Assembly: GCF_964355755.1 (NCBI RefSeq)
Contig: NC_092670.1
Location: 14,556,795 to 14,620,794 of the forward strand
Reading direction: 5' to 3'
From: Antedon mediterranea
Lineage: Eukaryota > Animalia > Echinodermata
Length of the DNA stretch: 64,000 nucleotides
In this document: piece after piece, positions 1 through 12,388 of the stretch
Numbering within the stretch: position 1 is the first letter of the stretch
Layout of the letters: the number at the start of each line of letters is the position of its first letter
Translations under genes and position numbers: made by a program
The notes under the pieces: generated by a model
Told to the model about the DNA's origin: nothing
What the model saw: only the letters and a program-made list of their open reading frames with translations
The model's database searches: none

Positions 1-3000
1 TATCTTATTTTTTGTGCCTCTTTTACTTTGCGTTTTTTTTCCTCTCTGTATACAGAATCACTTTGATATTTGTTTCCGATTTCATTTGTTTCTTTTGAAT
101 TATTGTTTTCTTCTCTTTCCCGTTTAATTCTTTGTCGATTCTTTTCTCTTTCTTTTTTAATTCTATAAGATTGTTTTCGTTTTCTGCTCAATATTTTTAC
201 TCTGCTTTCTGAACAAGGTTTTTCAACAGTTTTACTCTGTTTGTGTTTTGGTTCTATATCTTCAAATGTGTCACAAGGTTCTTTTTCCGTTTGCTTTCGT
301 TTCTTTGTTGTAGAATCCTTTACCAAAAACTTCGCCTCTGTATTTGACAGTTTATTGTGGGATGTCACATTCATATCAACTTGTCCTGTTGTTTCCTGAA
401 CATTATTTTGACTCACATTGACAGATTCTACTACATTAAAATGCACATTCATGGTGTACAAAATATATATACCATTGTCAGTTGTAACATCATCTATTCT
501 TCCTGGCTTTTTAGCAGAAAACAATTGCCACGTCAAAAGCTGATCATTAAATGAATAAATATCTGTATTAAGCAAGTTTGCCATTGCACTTATTTCAGTA
601 TTGGATGCCCACCTTCCATTATCCATTACTCTTTTTTTAAACACATATTCCTTAACTGATCTATATTCGTGACTAAATGTATTAATAAATAAGTCATCAG
701 TTTCCAATAAATGATTAGTAATTGCTCTTCTTAAAAGTAAATGATTATCTTCAGTCCCAGAAATAATGTATGAAATTGCACGATAAAAACAATTACCATC
801 ACCTGTAATATTCGTAATTTGAAGAGGATGTCCAATCTGACTAGTTCTGTTAATACCACAATTCATATCGGTATGTTCACAATGAATGCCTACTTCTTTA
901 CACATGTTTTTCTTTTGTGCTTCTGAGATTGGAATAAATTTAAAATTCTTGTCAGGTCTTTCTCCATACTGAACATTAACAATTTCAATATCACTATCAC
1001 TTTGCCATTCATTACTTGATGAGACATGACCTTCTTTATTATGTGTTTTGCCTTTAACTTTATAATCAATATTCTTGTCTGGTAATCTTGAACTACATTT
1101 ATACTGATAAGACGTACTAGGTTCATCAACATCGACGTTTCCCAAGTTGCTTTGTTCACAATTATCATCGAGCACAGAAGCGGAACATAAAATCATAGAC
1201 TTATTTTCAATATTTACACCAGTCAGTTCAAACTCGGTGTCATGTAAATTACAGTTCATTGACCTTGCTAATCTTATACAATAGTCGTACACACCTTGCC
1301 AAGATGGACTGTAAAGTAAAATACTCTTTCCATGCTCACTAACACAACCAAATCGATCTCTTGCATGTGGATCAAATATAAGGAAACCATTTACACGTTT
1401 AATAATAGAAAATGTGCTTCTGTTAAAATTCATAAAAAATGCATCATGTTGGTGTAATTCTTGTTCAAGAGCTTGGTTTAATGACAAGGCTCCATATTCA
1501 GCCATAAATTCGAGATTCCCATCTATTATGCCAAAAACTGATTCTTTTGGAGATATTACAAATGTGTTATCCAAGATATCCAATTCTTTCGGCAGTTCAG
1601 AAATCATCAAAAGGTCCTCATGCATAGTGGAATCTTTTTGAATGTAACGGTACAACTCATTTCCAAGAGTCAATATTGTATCAAGGTCTTTGGTGTAAAA
1701 TTCATTTCCATTCATCTTTGTAGAATAAAGAATAGCTACAAGACTATTTGCAACACACTGTTTACCACCTGCAAAGCCAAATCTATAATTCCCTTGATTA
1801 AAACTACCCTGTGCTACAGTTATATTATTATCATTACTATTATATAGTTGTAATTCATTTATTGATTGTGTATTCTGCCTTATTGGTGCATTCTTTTGTT
1901 TTGATCTCTCATCGATTATCAATTCTTCCGAAAAATTATTTTTGGTTAAAACTTCAATATCCACATCGATAGCATGTTGGTCACATTTAGGTTTAGTATG
2001 GGACCTAATTTTTTCAGTCACTGCTTTTTTAGATCCGTCATCAATTATCGATACTTCGTTTTCGTCAAATTCACAACTTGCACATGTTTGATTTTTATGA
2101 TCTGTAACATTACTATCAAATCTATTAGTTCTGTCATTCATTTTGCTACTATTTTGTGATTTCACATCGTCAGTCGCTGTGTTGTCGTTTTCTTCAGTAC
2201 ATTTCATTTTAAAGTCGTCATCAGTTTTCATTTCTGAATTGTCATTTTTACCTTTCATTAAAATAATATCTTCGCCAATCCGTTCCATAGTATCGCAATC
2301 ATTCTTGTGGTGTTTTAAATTCAGGTTCATATTATCTTGTGATTCTTTGTTATCAATCTTCTTACTTTTGACAAAACGACCCTTGCTATTTCGTTTCGAA
2401 CCACCACCTGATTGTTGTTGTATTCCGTTTGTTACCTTTGTATTTTTCAAAACATCACACATAAGCTTACCATTCATTTCGTCATTTTCCTTGTATTCTC
2501 TATAAGTACTTGTATTCATGTTCCATTCCATTTTGTTATTATTTCGTCTTTCATAGAAATCTTTTACACCTTTGCCGATATATTTTACACCTGGTTCTAT
2601 AATTATACCATTTATAACGCACTTTCTCCTTTTCTTATTTCCTCTATTTTTACATCTTTTTTTTCTGTTGTCGGTTCTTTTCTTTGATCTTACTCTCATC
2701 CAATCACTACCAAGTAAATCTTCACTTCCTGTTTGTTGACATTTTAATTTTGCATTATTACAACGTTTTTCTTTATTTTTCGTTAATTCTGGAAAGTCTG
2801 AAGTGACAGATTCATCAGGTTCTAGAATCGTATATCTATTGAAATGACAGGGAATACCTATTTCACCCAACATGTTATCAACTAAATTACTATTCCCACA
2901 CATTGAACAAATCCAAATTACCCTGGAATTACATAGTTTGTCTTCAAAAACATCTCTTACACATTTCACATGAAAATATTGACTACAACGGTCACATGTT

Positions 3001-3407
3001 ATGCAATTGTCTACTTTCACTTCAATATTACAGAAATCGCATGTATCATCAAACTCTGAAGTGACCTCTGTACCATAAGATAATATGTTTATGATATCAT
3101 CAATTATTCCTTTAAATTCAGTTGTATCTTTCATAAATTCACAATTGACATTACCTGTATCATCATTTCTCTCGTCTTTGACATTCTCAGTTGAACAGCA
3201 TTCATCAAGTAGGTCCAAGATGTCATTAACAACTATTTTAAATTCTGCTGTCTTATCCATAACTCCATTATTAACATTACCAGTTGTATTGACAAAAATC
3301 TGCTTTTTACTTGTAACTTCTTTATTCACATTCTTACACAAATAAATTATCATTGTAAAGATAATCAACAAAAAGATACCAACTACTGCTATGAATTCCA
3401 TATCCAT
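1..3407 (-). CDS. N-terminal part (>=1135 codons, continues past window start) of a Helentron/Helitron-like polyprotein: hydrophobic N-terminus, PHD finger, herpesvirus-tegument-type cysteine protease (Herpes_teg_N-like DUB), OTU-like protease, K/R/E-rich repeats
   Basis: ATG at 3405-3407 gives MDMEFIAVVGIFLLIIFTMIIYLCK. PHD: CDFC..CITCDRCSQYFHVKC..WICSMC (~2900-3045). GSFNQGNYRFGFAGGKQCVANSL (~1740-1810) and FDPHARDRFG. OTU: ITGDGNCFYRAIS (~770-815) and HFNVV (~430-445). The frame is the same at every spot checked. The ORF track omits it, consistent with no stop before base 1. Rep/helicase domains are not visible in the window, so the Helentron assignment rests on the domain combination. Confidence 0.8.
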   Translation of the reverse strand, partial: MDMEFIAVVGIFLLIIFTMIIYLCKNVNKEVTSKKQIFVNTTGNVNNGVMDKTAEFKIVVNDILDLLDECCSTENVKDERNDDTGNVNCEFMKDTTEFKGIIDDIINILSYGTEVTSEFDDTCDFCNIEVKVDNCITCDRCSQYFHVKCVRDVFEDKLCNSRVIWICSMCGNSNLVDNMLGEIGIPCHFNRYTILEPDESVTSDFPELTKNKEKRCNNAKLKCQQTGSEDLLGSDWMRVRSKKRTDNRKKRCKNRGNKKRRKCVINGIIIEPGVKYIGKGVKDFYERRNNNKMEWNMNTSTYREYKENDEMNGKLMCDVLKNTKVTNGIQQQSGGGSKRNSKGRFVKSKKIDNKESQDNMNLNLKHHKNDCDTMERIGEDIILMKGKNDNSEMKTDDDFKMKCTEENDNTATDDVKSQNSSKMNDRTNRFDSNVTDHKNQTCASCEFDENEVSIIDDGSKKAVTEKIRSHTKPKCDQHAIDVDIEVLTKNNFSEELIIDERSKQKNAPIRQNTQSINELQLYNSNDNNITVAQGSFNQGNYRFGFAGGKQCVANSLVAILYSTKMNGNEFYTKDLDTILTLGNELYRYIQKDSTMHEDLLMISELPKELDILDNTFVISPKESVFGIIDGNLEFMAEYGALSLNQALEQELHQHDAFFMNFNRSTFSIIKRVNGFLIFDPHARDRFGCVSEHGKSILLYSPSWQGVYDYCIRLARSMNCNLHDTEFELTGVNIENKSMILCSASVLDDNCEQSNLGNVDVDEPSTSYQYKCSSRLPDKNIDYKVKGKTHNKEGHVSSSNEWQSDSDIEIVNVQYGERPDKNFKFIPISEAQKKNMCKEVGIHCEHTDMNCGINRTSQIGHPLQITNITGDGNCFYRAISYIISGTEDNHLLLRRAITNHLLETDDLFINTFSHEYRSVKEYVFKKRVMDNGRWASNTEISAMANLLNTDIYSFNDQLLTWQLFSAKKPGRIDDVTTDNGIYILYTMNVHFNVVESVNVSQNNVQETTGQVDMNVTSHNKLSNTEAKFLVKDSTTKKRKQTEKEPCDTFEDIEPKHKQSKTVEKPCSESRVKILSRKRKQSYRIKKEREKNRQRIKREREENNNSKETNEIGNKYQSDSVYREEKKRKVKEAQKIR

Positions 3408-3974
3408 TATTCAAAATTTGTATAAGAAACAAATTTCTTCAAATTTATAATCTTTGTTTACAAATTAAATTAAAATGTATTCTGCAATTCCAATGAATAT
3501 TACAATTAGGTTCTTTTTATCAATTCAAACTTCAAAAAAGAAATCCTTGCTACAACAAAATAAATTATTAAAAATTCCAAAAACAAATCAACTTTATATT
3601 GTCTTTTGTTTCTATGACTTTTAACTTTTGTCCTAATTTCTTTTCTCTTTGTCAATATTTTTTTTGTCTGCTTTTTTTCAATAATTCGATTATACAATTT
3701 CACTGAATAAAAAAATTAGCTTCTGCTTAATATTGGCTTGATGAAATACTTTATATTAATTTAAACTTCTCTGTAATACTTGGTTATGCTAAATAGTTTC
3801 AGATTCTAATTTTTATTCTTTTTACAATTCTACTTAATAACAGATTCAAATAAAAGTGATATTTAAATCTTCTTTAATTAATTCTTTTGTAATAAACTCT
3901 GTTTAATATTTATTTTTTTATAATAAGCTTCTGTTTTATTCTTCAAACTTTTGTTTGTATAATCAAACTTTAAC

Positions 3975-4235
3975 TTTACACTTTTGCTTTTGCAAAAATG
4001 GTTTTGTAATAAACTTTTGTTTATTAATTGTTTCCTTGTGATTAACTTCTGTTATCTTCAAGGTTTTACACTTTTGCTTTTGCAAAAATGGTTTTGTAAT
4101 AAACTTTTGTTTATTAGTTGTTTCCTTGTGATTAACTTCTGTTATCTTCAAGGTTTTACACTTTTGCTTTTGCAAAAATTGTTTGTAATAAACTTTTGTT
4201 TATTAGTTTTTTCCTTGCGATAAACTTCTGTTTAC
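3975..4235. repeat. ~3 x 90-bp AT-rich tandem repeat upstream of the polyprotein ORF
   Basis: Unit TTTACACTTTTGCTTTTGCAAAAAT... starts near 3975, 4066 and 4155. It explains the repetitive ORFs 3963-4175 and 3984-4223. Confidence 0.85.
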
Positions 4236-4974
4236 TTCAAGAATGTTTTAAAGATACTTTTAAAAAATGTTTAAAAAGAAATTGTGCATAAATATTAAAA
4301 TTCGGTAACCCCTCGTAGAAACTCTCTTTGGAGAGTGGATCTTTTTCTAAAGACCCGGATCTCTTCTGAGATCCAGTGGGTTTATATAAGACAGTCACCT
4401 ACAATAAAAGAAAAAAAAAAGAGTTAGTTATTAATTTTAAGATACACTGTACAGTACTAAGAATTACAGTCAAACAATTATAAATTGAATCAGTAGATAA
4501 ATCAATGTTTTTACAAATACCTAAATAATAATATACACATCCCCCCTGTGGAATGTAACATGATCTATTGGGCCTAGCAAAACAAATTAGGACCAACTCA
4601 TTACTAAATTCAGGATAGACCCATTTTATAAAATTGCAAATTTATTTCTGGAGAAACTGACCACCACATTTATGTTAAAAAGGATGATTGTCCCAATTTT
4701 TGAAGTAAATTGTGATAATATATTTGTGACTTTGGTTTATACAATATAAATAAATCACTATAGAAGATATTTTGACTTAAAAATATGTCAAAACTTCATT
4801 ACATGGAATGTGTCGGAAACAAATTCTTTCATAACAATTTCACCTTCAAAATTAATCTGAAAATAGGTTTAATTATTCAATGTTCTAATAAAATAGAATT
4901 TTATACACAAAAATATTTGGTCACTCAGTATAGTAAATTTACAAACAACACATGTTTATCAATTATTGGAGGGC

Positions 4975-7900
4975 ATAAAGTAAGGAAAATATGTTTTTTC
5001 CGTTTTACAGATAATTTTCTAATACTCACAGCTGTAACTGGCACTGTATATTTTCTGTACAACTACAATCTAAAAAATAAAAGGAAAATCATTAATAATG
5101 GCAATAAACAACATTAACACTTTTTCAAAATCAACATGCTTCTTAATCAATGTCTGAAAAATTAAGAAATTTTCTCAAAATGAATTTGGGTATTAGACAG
5201 CTGGTTAGGGCCTACATGTTGTCTCAATGCTAATTTCATTTAATATTTTATTCACAAACCATAAAATCTGAATTATGTAAATGTTTCATAATAGAACATG
5301 CCTACAAAATAACAGGCAACGGTTCACAAAGTAAAGAAAATATGTTTTATCCGTTTAACAGATAATATACTAATACTCACAGCTGTAGCTGACACTGTAT
5401 ATGTTCTACAATCTAAAAAAAAAAAAAAACAAGGAAAAACATTAATAATTGGCAATAAACAACATTAACACTTTTTCCAAATCAACATGCTTCTTAATCA
5501 ATGTCTGAAAAATTAAGAAATTTCTCAAAATGACTTTGGGTATGAGACAGCTGGTTAGGCCTACATGTTGTCTTAATGCTAATTTCATTTAATATTTTAT
5601 TCACAAACCATAAAATCTGAATGATGTAAATGTTACATAATAGAAAATGCCTACAAAATAACAGGCAACGGTTCACAAAGTAAAGAAAATATGTTTTCTC
5701 CGTTTAACAGATAATCTACTAATACTCACAGCTGTAGCTGACACTGTATATTTTCTACAATCTAAAAAAACAAAACAAGGAAAAACATCAATAATTGGCA
5801 ATAAACAACATTAACACTTTTTCCAAATCAACATGCTTCTTAATCGAGGTCTGAAAAATTAAGAAATTTCCTTAAAATGACTTTAGGTATGGGACGGCTG
5901 GTTAGGGCCTACATGTTGTCTCAATACTACTTTCATTTAATATTGTATTCACAAACCATAAAATCTGAATTATTTAAATGTTTCATAATATAAAATGCCT
6001 ACAAAATAACAGGCAACAGTTCACAAAGTAAGGAAAATATGTTTTCTCCGTTTAACAGATAATCTACTAATACTCACAGCTGTAGCTGAAACTGTTAATT
6101 TTCTACAATCTAAAAAAAACAAGGAAAAACATTGATAATGGCAATAAACAACATTAACACTTTTTCCAAATCAATATGCTTCTTAATCAATGTCTGAAAA
6201 ATTAGGAAATTTCCTCAAAATGACTTTGGGTATGGGCCGGCTCATTGCGGCCTACATGTTGTCTCAATGGTAATTTCATTTAATTATTTGATCACAAACA
6301 ATAAAATCTGAATTACGTAAATGTTTCATAATAGAAAATGTTTACAAAATAACAGGCAACAGTTCACAAAGTAGGAAAATATGTTTTCTCCGTTTAACAG
6401 ATAATCTACTGATACTCACAGCTGTAGCTGAAACTGTATATTTTCTACAATCTAAAAAAAAACAAGGAAAAACATTGATAATGGCAATAAACAACATTAA
6501 CACTTTTTCCAAATCAACAAGCTTCTTAATCAATGTCTGAAAAATTTAGAAATTTCCTCAAAATGACTTTGGGTATGGGTCGGCTAATTGGGGCCTACAT
6601 GTTGTCTCAATGCTAATTTCATTTAATATTTTATTCACAAACCATAAAATCTGAATGATGTAAATGTTTCATAATAGAAAATGCCTACAAAATAACAAGC
6701 AACAGTTCACAAAGTAAAGAAAATATGTTTTCTCTGTTTAGCAGATAATCTACTAATACTCACAGCTGTAGCTGACACTGTATATTTTCTACAATCTAAA
6801 AAAAAACAAGGAAAAACATTAATAATTGGCAATAAACAACATTAACACTTTTTCCAAATCAACATGCTTCTTAATCGAGGTCTGAAAAATTTAGAAATTC
6901 CTCAAAATGACTTTGGGTATGAGACAGCTGGTAAGGGCCTACATGTTTTCTCAATGCTAATTTCATTTAATATTTTATTCACAAACCATAAAATCTGAAT
7001 GCTGTAAATGTTTCATAATAGAAAATGCCTACAAAATAACAGGCAACTGTTCATAAAGTAAGGAAAATATGTTTTCTCCGTTTAACAGATAATCTACTAA
7101 TACTCACAGCTGTAGCTAAAACTGTATATTTTCTACAATCTAAAAACAACAAGAAAAAACATTGATAATGGCAATAAACAACATTAACCCTTTTGCTAAA
7201 TCAACATGCTTCTTAATCAATGTCTGAAAAATTAAGAAATTTTCTCAAAATAACTTTGGGTATGGGCCGGCTGATTGGGGTCTACATGTTGTCTCAATAC
7301 TACTTTCATTTAATATCTTATTCACAAACCATAAAATCTGAATTATGTAAATGTTTCATAATATAAAATGCCTACAAAATAACAGGCAACAGTTCACAAA
7401 GTAAGGAAAATATGTTTTCTCCGTTTAACAGATAATCTACTAATACTCACAGCTGTAGCTGAAACTGTTAATTTTCTACAATCTAAAAAAAACAAGGAAA
7501 AACATTGATAATGGCAATAAACAACATTAACACTTTTTCCAAATCTACATGCTTCTTAATCAATGTCTGAAAAATTAGGAAATTTCCTCAAAATGACTTT
7601 GGGTATGGGCCGGCTGATTGCGGCCTACATGTTGTCTCAATGGTAATTTCATTTAATTGTTTGATCACAAACAATAAAATCTGAATTATGTAAATGTTTC
7701 ATAATAGAAAATGCCTACAAAATAACAGGCAACAGTTCAAAAAGTGAAAAAAGTAAGGAAAATATGTTTTCTCTGTTTAGCAGATAATCTACTGATACTC
7801 ACAGCTGTAGCTGACACTGTATATTTTCTACAATCTAAAAAAAAAAACAAGGAAAAACATTAATAATTGGCAATAAACAACATTAACACTTTTTCCAAAT

Positions 7901-9068
7901 CAACATGCTTCTTAATCGAGGTCTGAAAAATTAAGAAATTCCTCAAAATGACTTTGGGTATGAGACAGCTGGTTAGGGCCTACATGTTGTCTCAATGCTA
8001 ATTTCATTTAATATTTTATTCACAAACCATAAAATCTGAATGCTGTAAATGTTTCATAATAGAAAATGCCTACAAAATAACAGGCAACTGTTCACAAAGT
8101 AAGGAAAATATGTTTTCTCCGTTTAACAGATAATCTACTAATACTCACAGCTGTAGCTGAAACTGTTAATTTTCTACAATCTAAAAACAACAAGGAAAAA
8201 CATTGATAATGGCAATAAACAACATTAACCCTTTTCCTAAATCAACATGCTTCTTAATCAATGTCTGAAAAATTAAGAAATTTCCTCAAAATAACTTTGG
8301 GTATGGGCCGGCTGATTGGGGTCTACATGTTGTCTCAATACTACTTTCATTTAATATCTCATTCACAAACCATAAAATCTGAATTATTTAAATGTTTCAT
8401 AATATAAAATGCCTACAAAATAACAGGCAACAGTTCACAAAGCAAGGAAAATATGTTTTCTCCGTTTAACAGATAATCTACTAATACTCACAGCTGTAGC
8501 TGAAACTGTTAATTTTCTACAATCTAAAAAAAACAAGGAAAAACATTGATAATGGCAATAAACAACATTAACACTTTTTCCAAATCAACAAGCTTCTTAA
8601 TCAATGTCTGAAAAATTTAGAAATTTCCTCAAAATGACTTTGGGTATGGGTCGGCTAATTGGGGCCTACATGTTGTCTCAATGCTAATTTCATTTAATAT
8701 TTTATTCACAAACCATAAAATCTGAATGATGTAAATGTTTCATAATAGAAAATGCCTACAAAATAACAGGCAACAGTTCACAAAGTAAGGAAAATATGTT
8801 TTCTCTGTTTAGCAGATAATCTACTAATACTCACAGCTGTAGCTGACACTGTATATTTTCTACAATCTAAAAAAAACCAAGGAAAAACATTAATAATTGG
8901 CAATAAACAACATTAACACTTTTTCCAAATCAACATGCTTCTTAATCGAGGTCTGAAAAATTAAGAAATTTCCTCAAATAAACTTATTTTATACACAAAC
9001 AATAAAATCTGAATTATGTAAATGTTTCATAATAGAAAATGCCTACAAAATAACAGGCAACAGTTCAC
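4975..9068. repeat. Satellite array, ~12 units of ~345 bp
   Basis: Anchor ACTCACAGCTGTA recurs at ~5026, 5376, 5725, 6073, 6415, 6759, 7103, 7446, 7798, 8144, 8486 and 8830. The last unit is internally deleted. Confidence 0.95.
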
Positions 9069-10036
9069 TCCCAATCATGAAATCATTAATCATCTCTACA
9101 AACTATTTATTTAATATACACTACTTACAATATTCTGGAGATACTAAAGTAGAAACAATTGTGTATCTCTTCCAACAGCTACAAGACAAAAATATATTAT
9201 TATTATAAATATCAATACAAATTGTGATCAAAACATCCACAATATTTGTAACAATGACAGGTGCGAAAGAGAACTGCGCTGACCTACGTCACTACTACTA
9301 GGACTACTGGAGTAAGCCTAGACAACATGCTATTGTAAGAAGAACGAGTCATTGTTTCTTCTCTTTAATAATTTATACAACTAAAAATTAAGCTAGAGTA
9401 AGAGTTAATATAATATAAGCCAGGTGCAAAAGGGAACCTAGCGCCGTTTAGTCCTACTAAAAACAACAAGTATTCTTGTACAGGCTAGGCCTAGGTACAC
9501 TATGAATGTAGCAGACATATTTGTTCGTATTTACCGGGACCGTATTTAACATACACATGGCCATACACGATTGTCGTGCTGCTACGAAAGCCATCGGGCT
9601 GAAAAACGTCACGACGTTTGCCATCTCTGAAAGTCTGACATCCTTCCGTATATCTATAGTAGGCTAGGGTATCGTTAGTAAGTATCAATTACAAAACAAC
9701 TACAAATCAAACAATCCACATAATTTCTTACCTATTTCTTATAGTATATCAATTCTCAACAAACTTGAGTTTGTTATTTATTTATTTAATCGTTGAAGTT
9801 CGACGATATAAAATGGTATTTGTAACAATATTATCAGAGAGCGACTCTTAAAAACCAACATGGAGTTTACCAACGACATACCACAACACAACACGTTGTC
9901 GAATTTTCTCGAAATTCGGTTCACCTACAGTATGGCATGCAATCCTCGCCAAAATTACCAATATGTAACGAATAACGAAAATTAGTTTTCACGTCAGACC
10001 TATGTATTCTACGTGTATATTAGACGTTGCGTTTTC

Positions 10037-10080
10037 GCGGATAACCTAACTCGTCCGCAGTGACGAGTTCAAATCTAGTT
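10037..10080 (+). mobile_element. Rolling-circle element terminus (hairpin + CTAG-TT), probable end of the large ORF-bearing element
   Basis: GCGGATAACCT-AACTCGTC-cgcagt-GACGAGTT-caaatCTAG-TTTT. The same motif occurs at 11194-11240 and 12347-12392, and degenerate at 28893-28940. Confidence 0.7.
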
Positions 10081-11235
10081 TTTTTTTTTTTTTCTATGTT
10101 CTTCTTTCTTTCCACGAATTTTGTTGGTCGCATATCTCTAATTCTGGCCAACATAAGATTGTATAACTTTGTCATAAGATTGACCTATAGCTGTAGATGT
10201 GCAGCCAAGCTTTTGGACGATTTCGGAGTTGCGCAGCGTAAGTTACGCGCGATTTTATGAATTTCAATGATTGATCATAGATTAAAAACCAAACGTCATT
10301 TTGTATTGAAACTTGGTGAAAATTTAATTCATATAATGCGCAAACTTTCTATGGATTAAAAATGGCATGTTTCACAAAAAGTTACGCGCGCACACGCGTT
10401 TAAAATTTCAAAATGCGAAAAATCAATTTCTAATCAACTTTCTACGCGTTTCATGTTATTTTGAGCATTTCAAAAATTCCCACGCGTGCGCAATTTTTTT
10501 ACGCGCGCGTGCGCACGTAGCGTAAAAACATCTTTTTTTTGCTTGATTTTTGTTTTTTCAGCCTTTTCTAGTAAATTTACCAATTTTCAATCAATTTCGA
10601 CTTAAAATCACGTCATACGAGCACGTAGAATTAAACAATTTGCGCGCATTTTTGATGAAAAAGTTAAAAAATTTGTCAAAAATATTCCTTTTTTTAAACA
10701 GTCATAGATTCTAAACTACGTGGTGAACTTTTTTATAATTACATATTCTGGTAGTAGATGAGTTGCAGATATCAAATCATGCATCAATATGGCTAACCGG
10801 ACATTGTGACGTCATCGTATGGCCACTGGAATGTAAAATATAGGATTTTTTTCTTATTCGTCATAGCTCATCACATTTAATAGAGCGCATCTCCGCTTAT
10901 CCGTATTCCATTTCCCTCCATGATGATATATTGTCTAGGTCAATCAATTATCTTTCACATGATTCACCATTTTTAAAATTGTGATGACGTCATCATGTTC
11001 AAAAGCGTTAATAACTTTGGTCACTTATTTTCACCTATTCTGCACTGTATGTAGTACGTATTCAGTACATAGTGTTATACCGTATACTTAGACGCGACGC
11101 AAAATAGAGGGCGCACTAACATTTTTTTCAATGGCATAATCGTTTTTCTGCTTGCAATATTCTAACGTATGACGTGTGCGTGGCTTTTGCGCTGCGGATA
11201 ACCTAACTCGTCCGTAGTGACGAGTTCAAATCTAG
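10079..11235 (+). mobile_element. Non-autonomous Helitron/Helentron-type unit, tandem copy 1 (~1157 bp)
   Basis: Starts with a T/C-rich tract and ends with hairpin-CTAG. Closely similar along its length to 11236-12388. Confidence 0.75.
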
Positions 11236-12388
11236 TTTTTTCTTTCTTATTCTTCTTTCTTTCCCAGAATTTTGTTGCGCGTATATCTCTAAATCTTCTC
11301 AACATAACATTTTGTAACTTTATCAGAAGATTGATCTCTATCTGAATATGTCGTAATAAGGTTTTCGGTACCGTTCGAGTTGCGCAGCGTAAGTTACGCG
11401 CGATTTTATGAATTTCGCGTATTTAATTTAGATCGAAAACTACTAAACCATTTAAATTGAAACTTGGCAAAAGTTTAATTTATATCATGCGCTAACTTTC
11501 TATGGAGAGAAAATGGCATGTTTCACAGAAAGTTACGCGCGCACGCGCGTTTAAAATTTCAAAATGCGAAAAATCAATTTCCAATCAACTTTCTACGCGT
11601 TTCATGTCATTTTGAGCATTTCAAAAATTCCCACGCGTGCGCACTTTTCTTACGCGCGCGTGCGCACGTAGCGCACAAACATCTTTTTTTTGCTTGATTT
11701 TTGTTTTTTCAGCCTTTTCTAGTAAATTTACCAATTTTCAATCAATTTCGACTTAAAATCACGTCATACGAGCACGTAGAATTGAACAATTTGCGCGCGT
11801 TTTTGAAGAAAAAGTTCAAAAATTCGTCAAAATTATGCCTTTTTTAAAACAATCATAGATTGTAAACTACGAGGAGAACTTTTTTTAAATTTCACATTCT
11901 GGAAGTAAATGAGTTGTAGATATCGAATCATGCATCGATATGGTTAACCGGACATTGCGACGTCATAGTTTGGCCACTCGAATATGAAATATAGGCTTTT
12001 TTTTCTCTTTCGTCATAGCTCGTCACATTTAATAGAGCGCATCTCCACTTATCCGTATTCCATTTCCCTCAATTTTTTTATTTTGTCTAGGTCAATCAAT
12101 TATCTTTCGCATGATTTACCATTTTTAAAATTGTTATGACGTCATCATGTTCAAAAGCGTCAATAACTTTGGTCACTTCTTTTCACCTATTCTGCACTGT
12201 ATGTAGTACGTATACAGTATATAGCGTATACCGTATATACTCAGACGTGACGCAAAATAGAGGGCACACTAACATTTTTTTCAATGGCATAATCGTTTTT
12301 CTGCGCCCAATATTCTAACGTATGACGTGCACGTGGCTTTTGCGTTGCGGATAACCTAACTCGTCCGTAGTGACGAGTTCAAATCTAG
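11236..12388 (+). mobile_element. Non-autonomous Helitron/Helentron-type unit, tandem copy 2 (~1153 bp)
   Basis: Direct repeat of 10079-11235. Ends ...GACGAGTTCAAATCTAG|TTTTG, 32 nt before the Ku80 ATG. Confidence 0.75.

Noticed and set aside
1200-1830. Endogenous herpesvirus, suggested by the tegument-type DUB motif
   Set aside because: No other viral genes are seen. The domain is in one frame with PHD and OTU, next to rolling-circle termini.
357-3345. Plus-strand ORFs in the track
   Set aside because: They are antisense shadows of the long minus-strand ORF.
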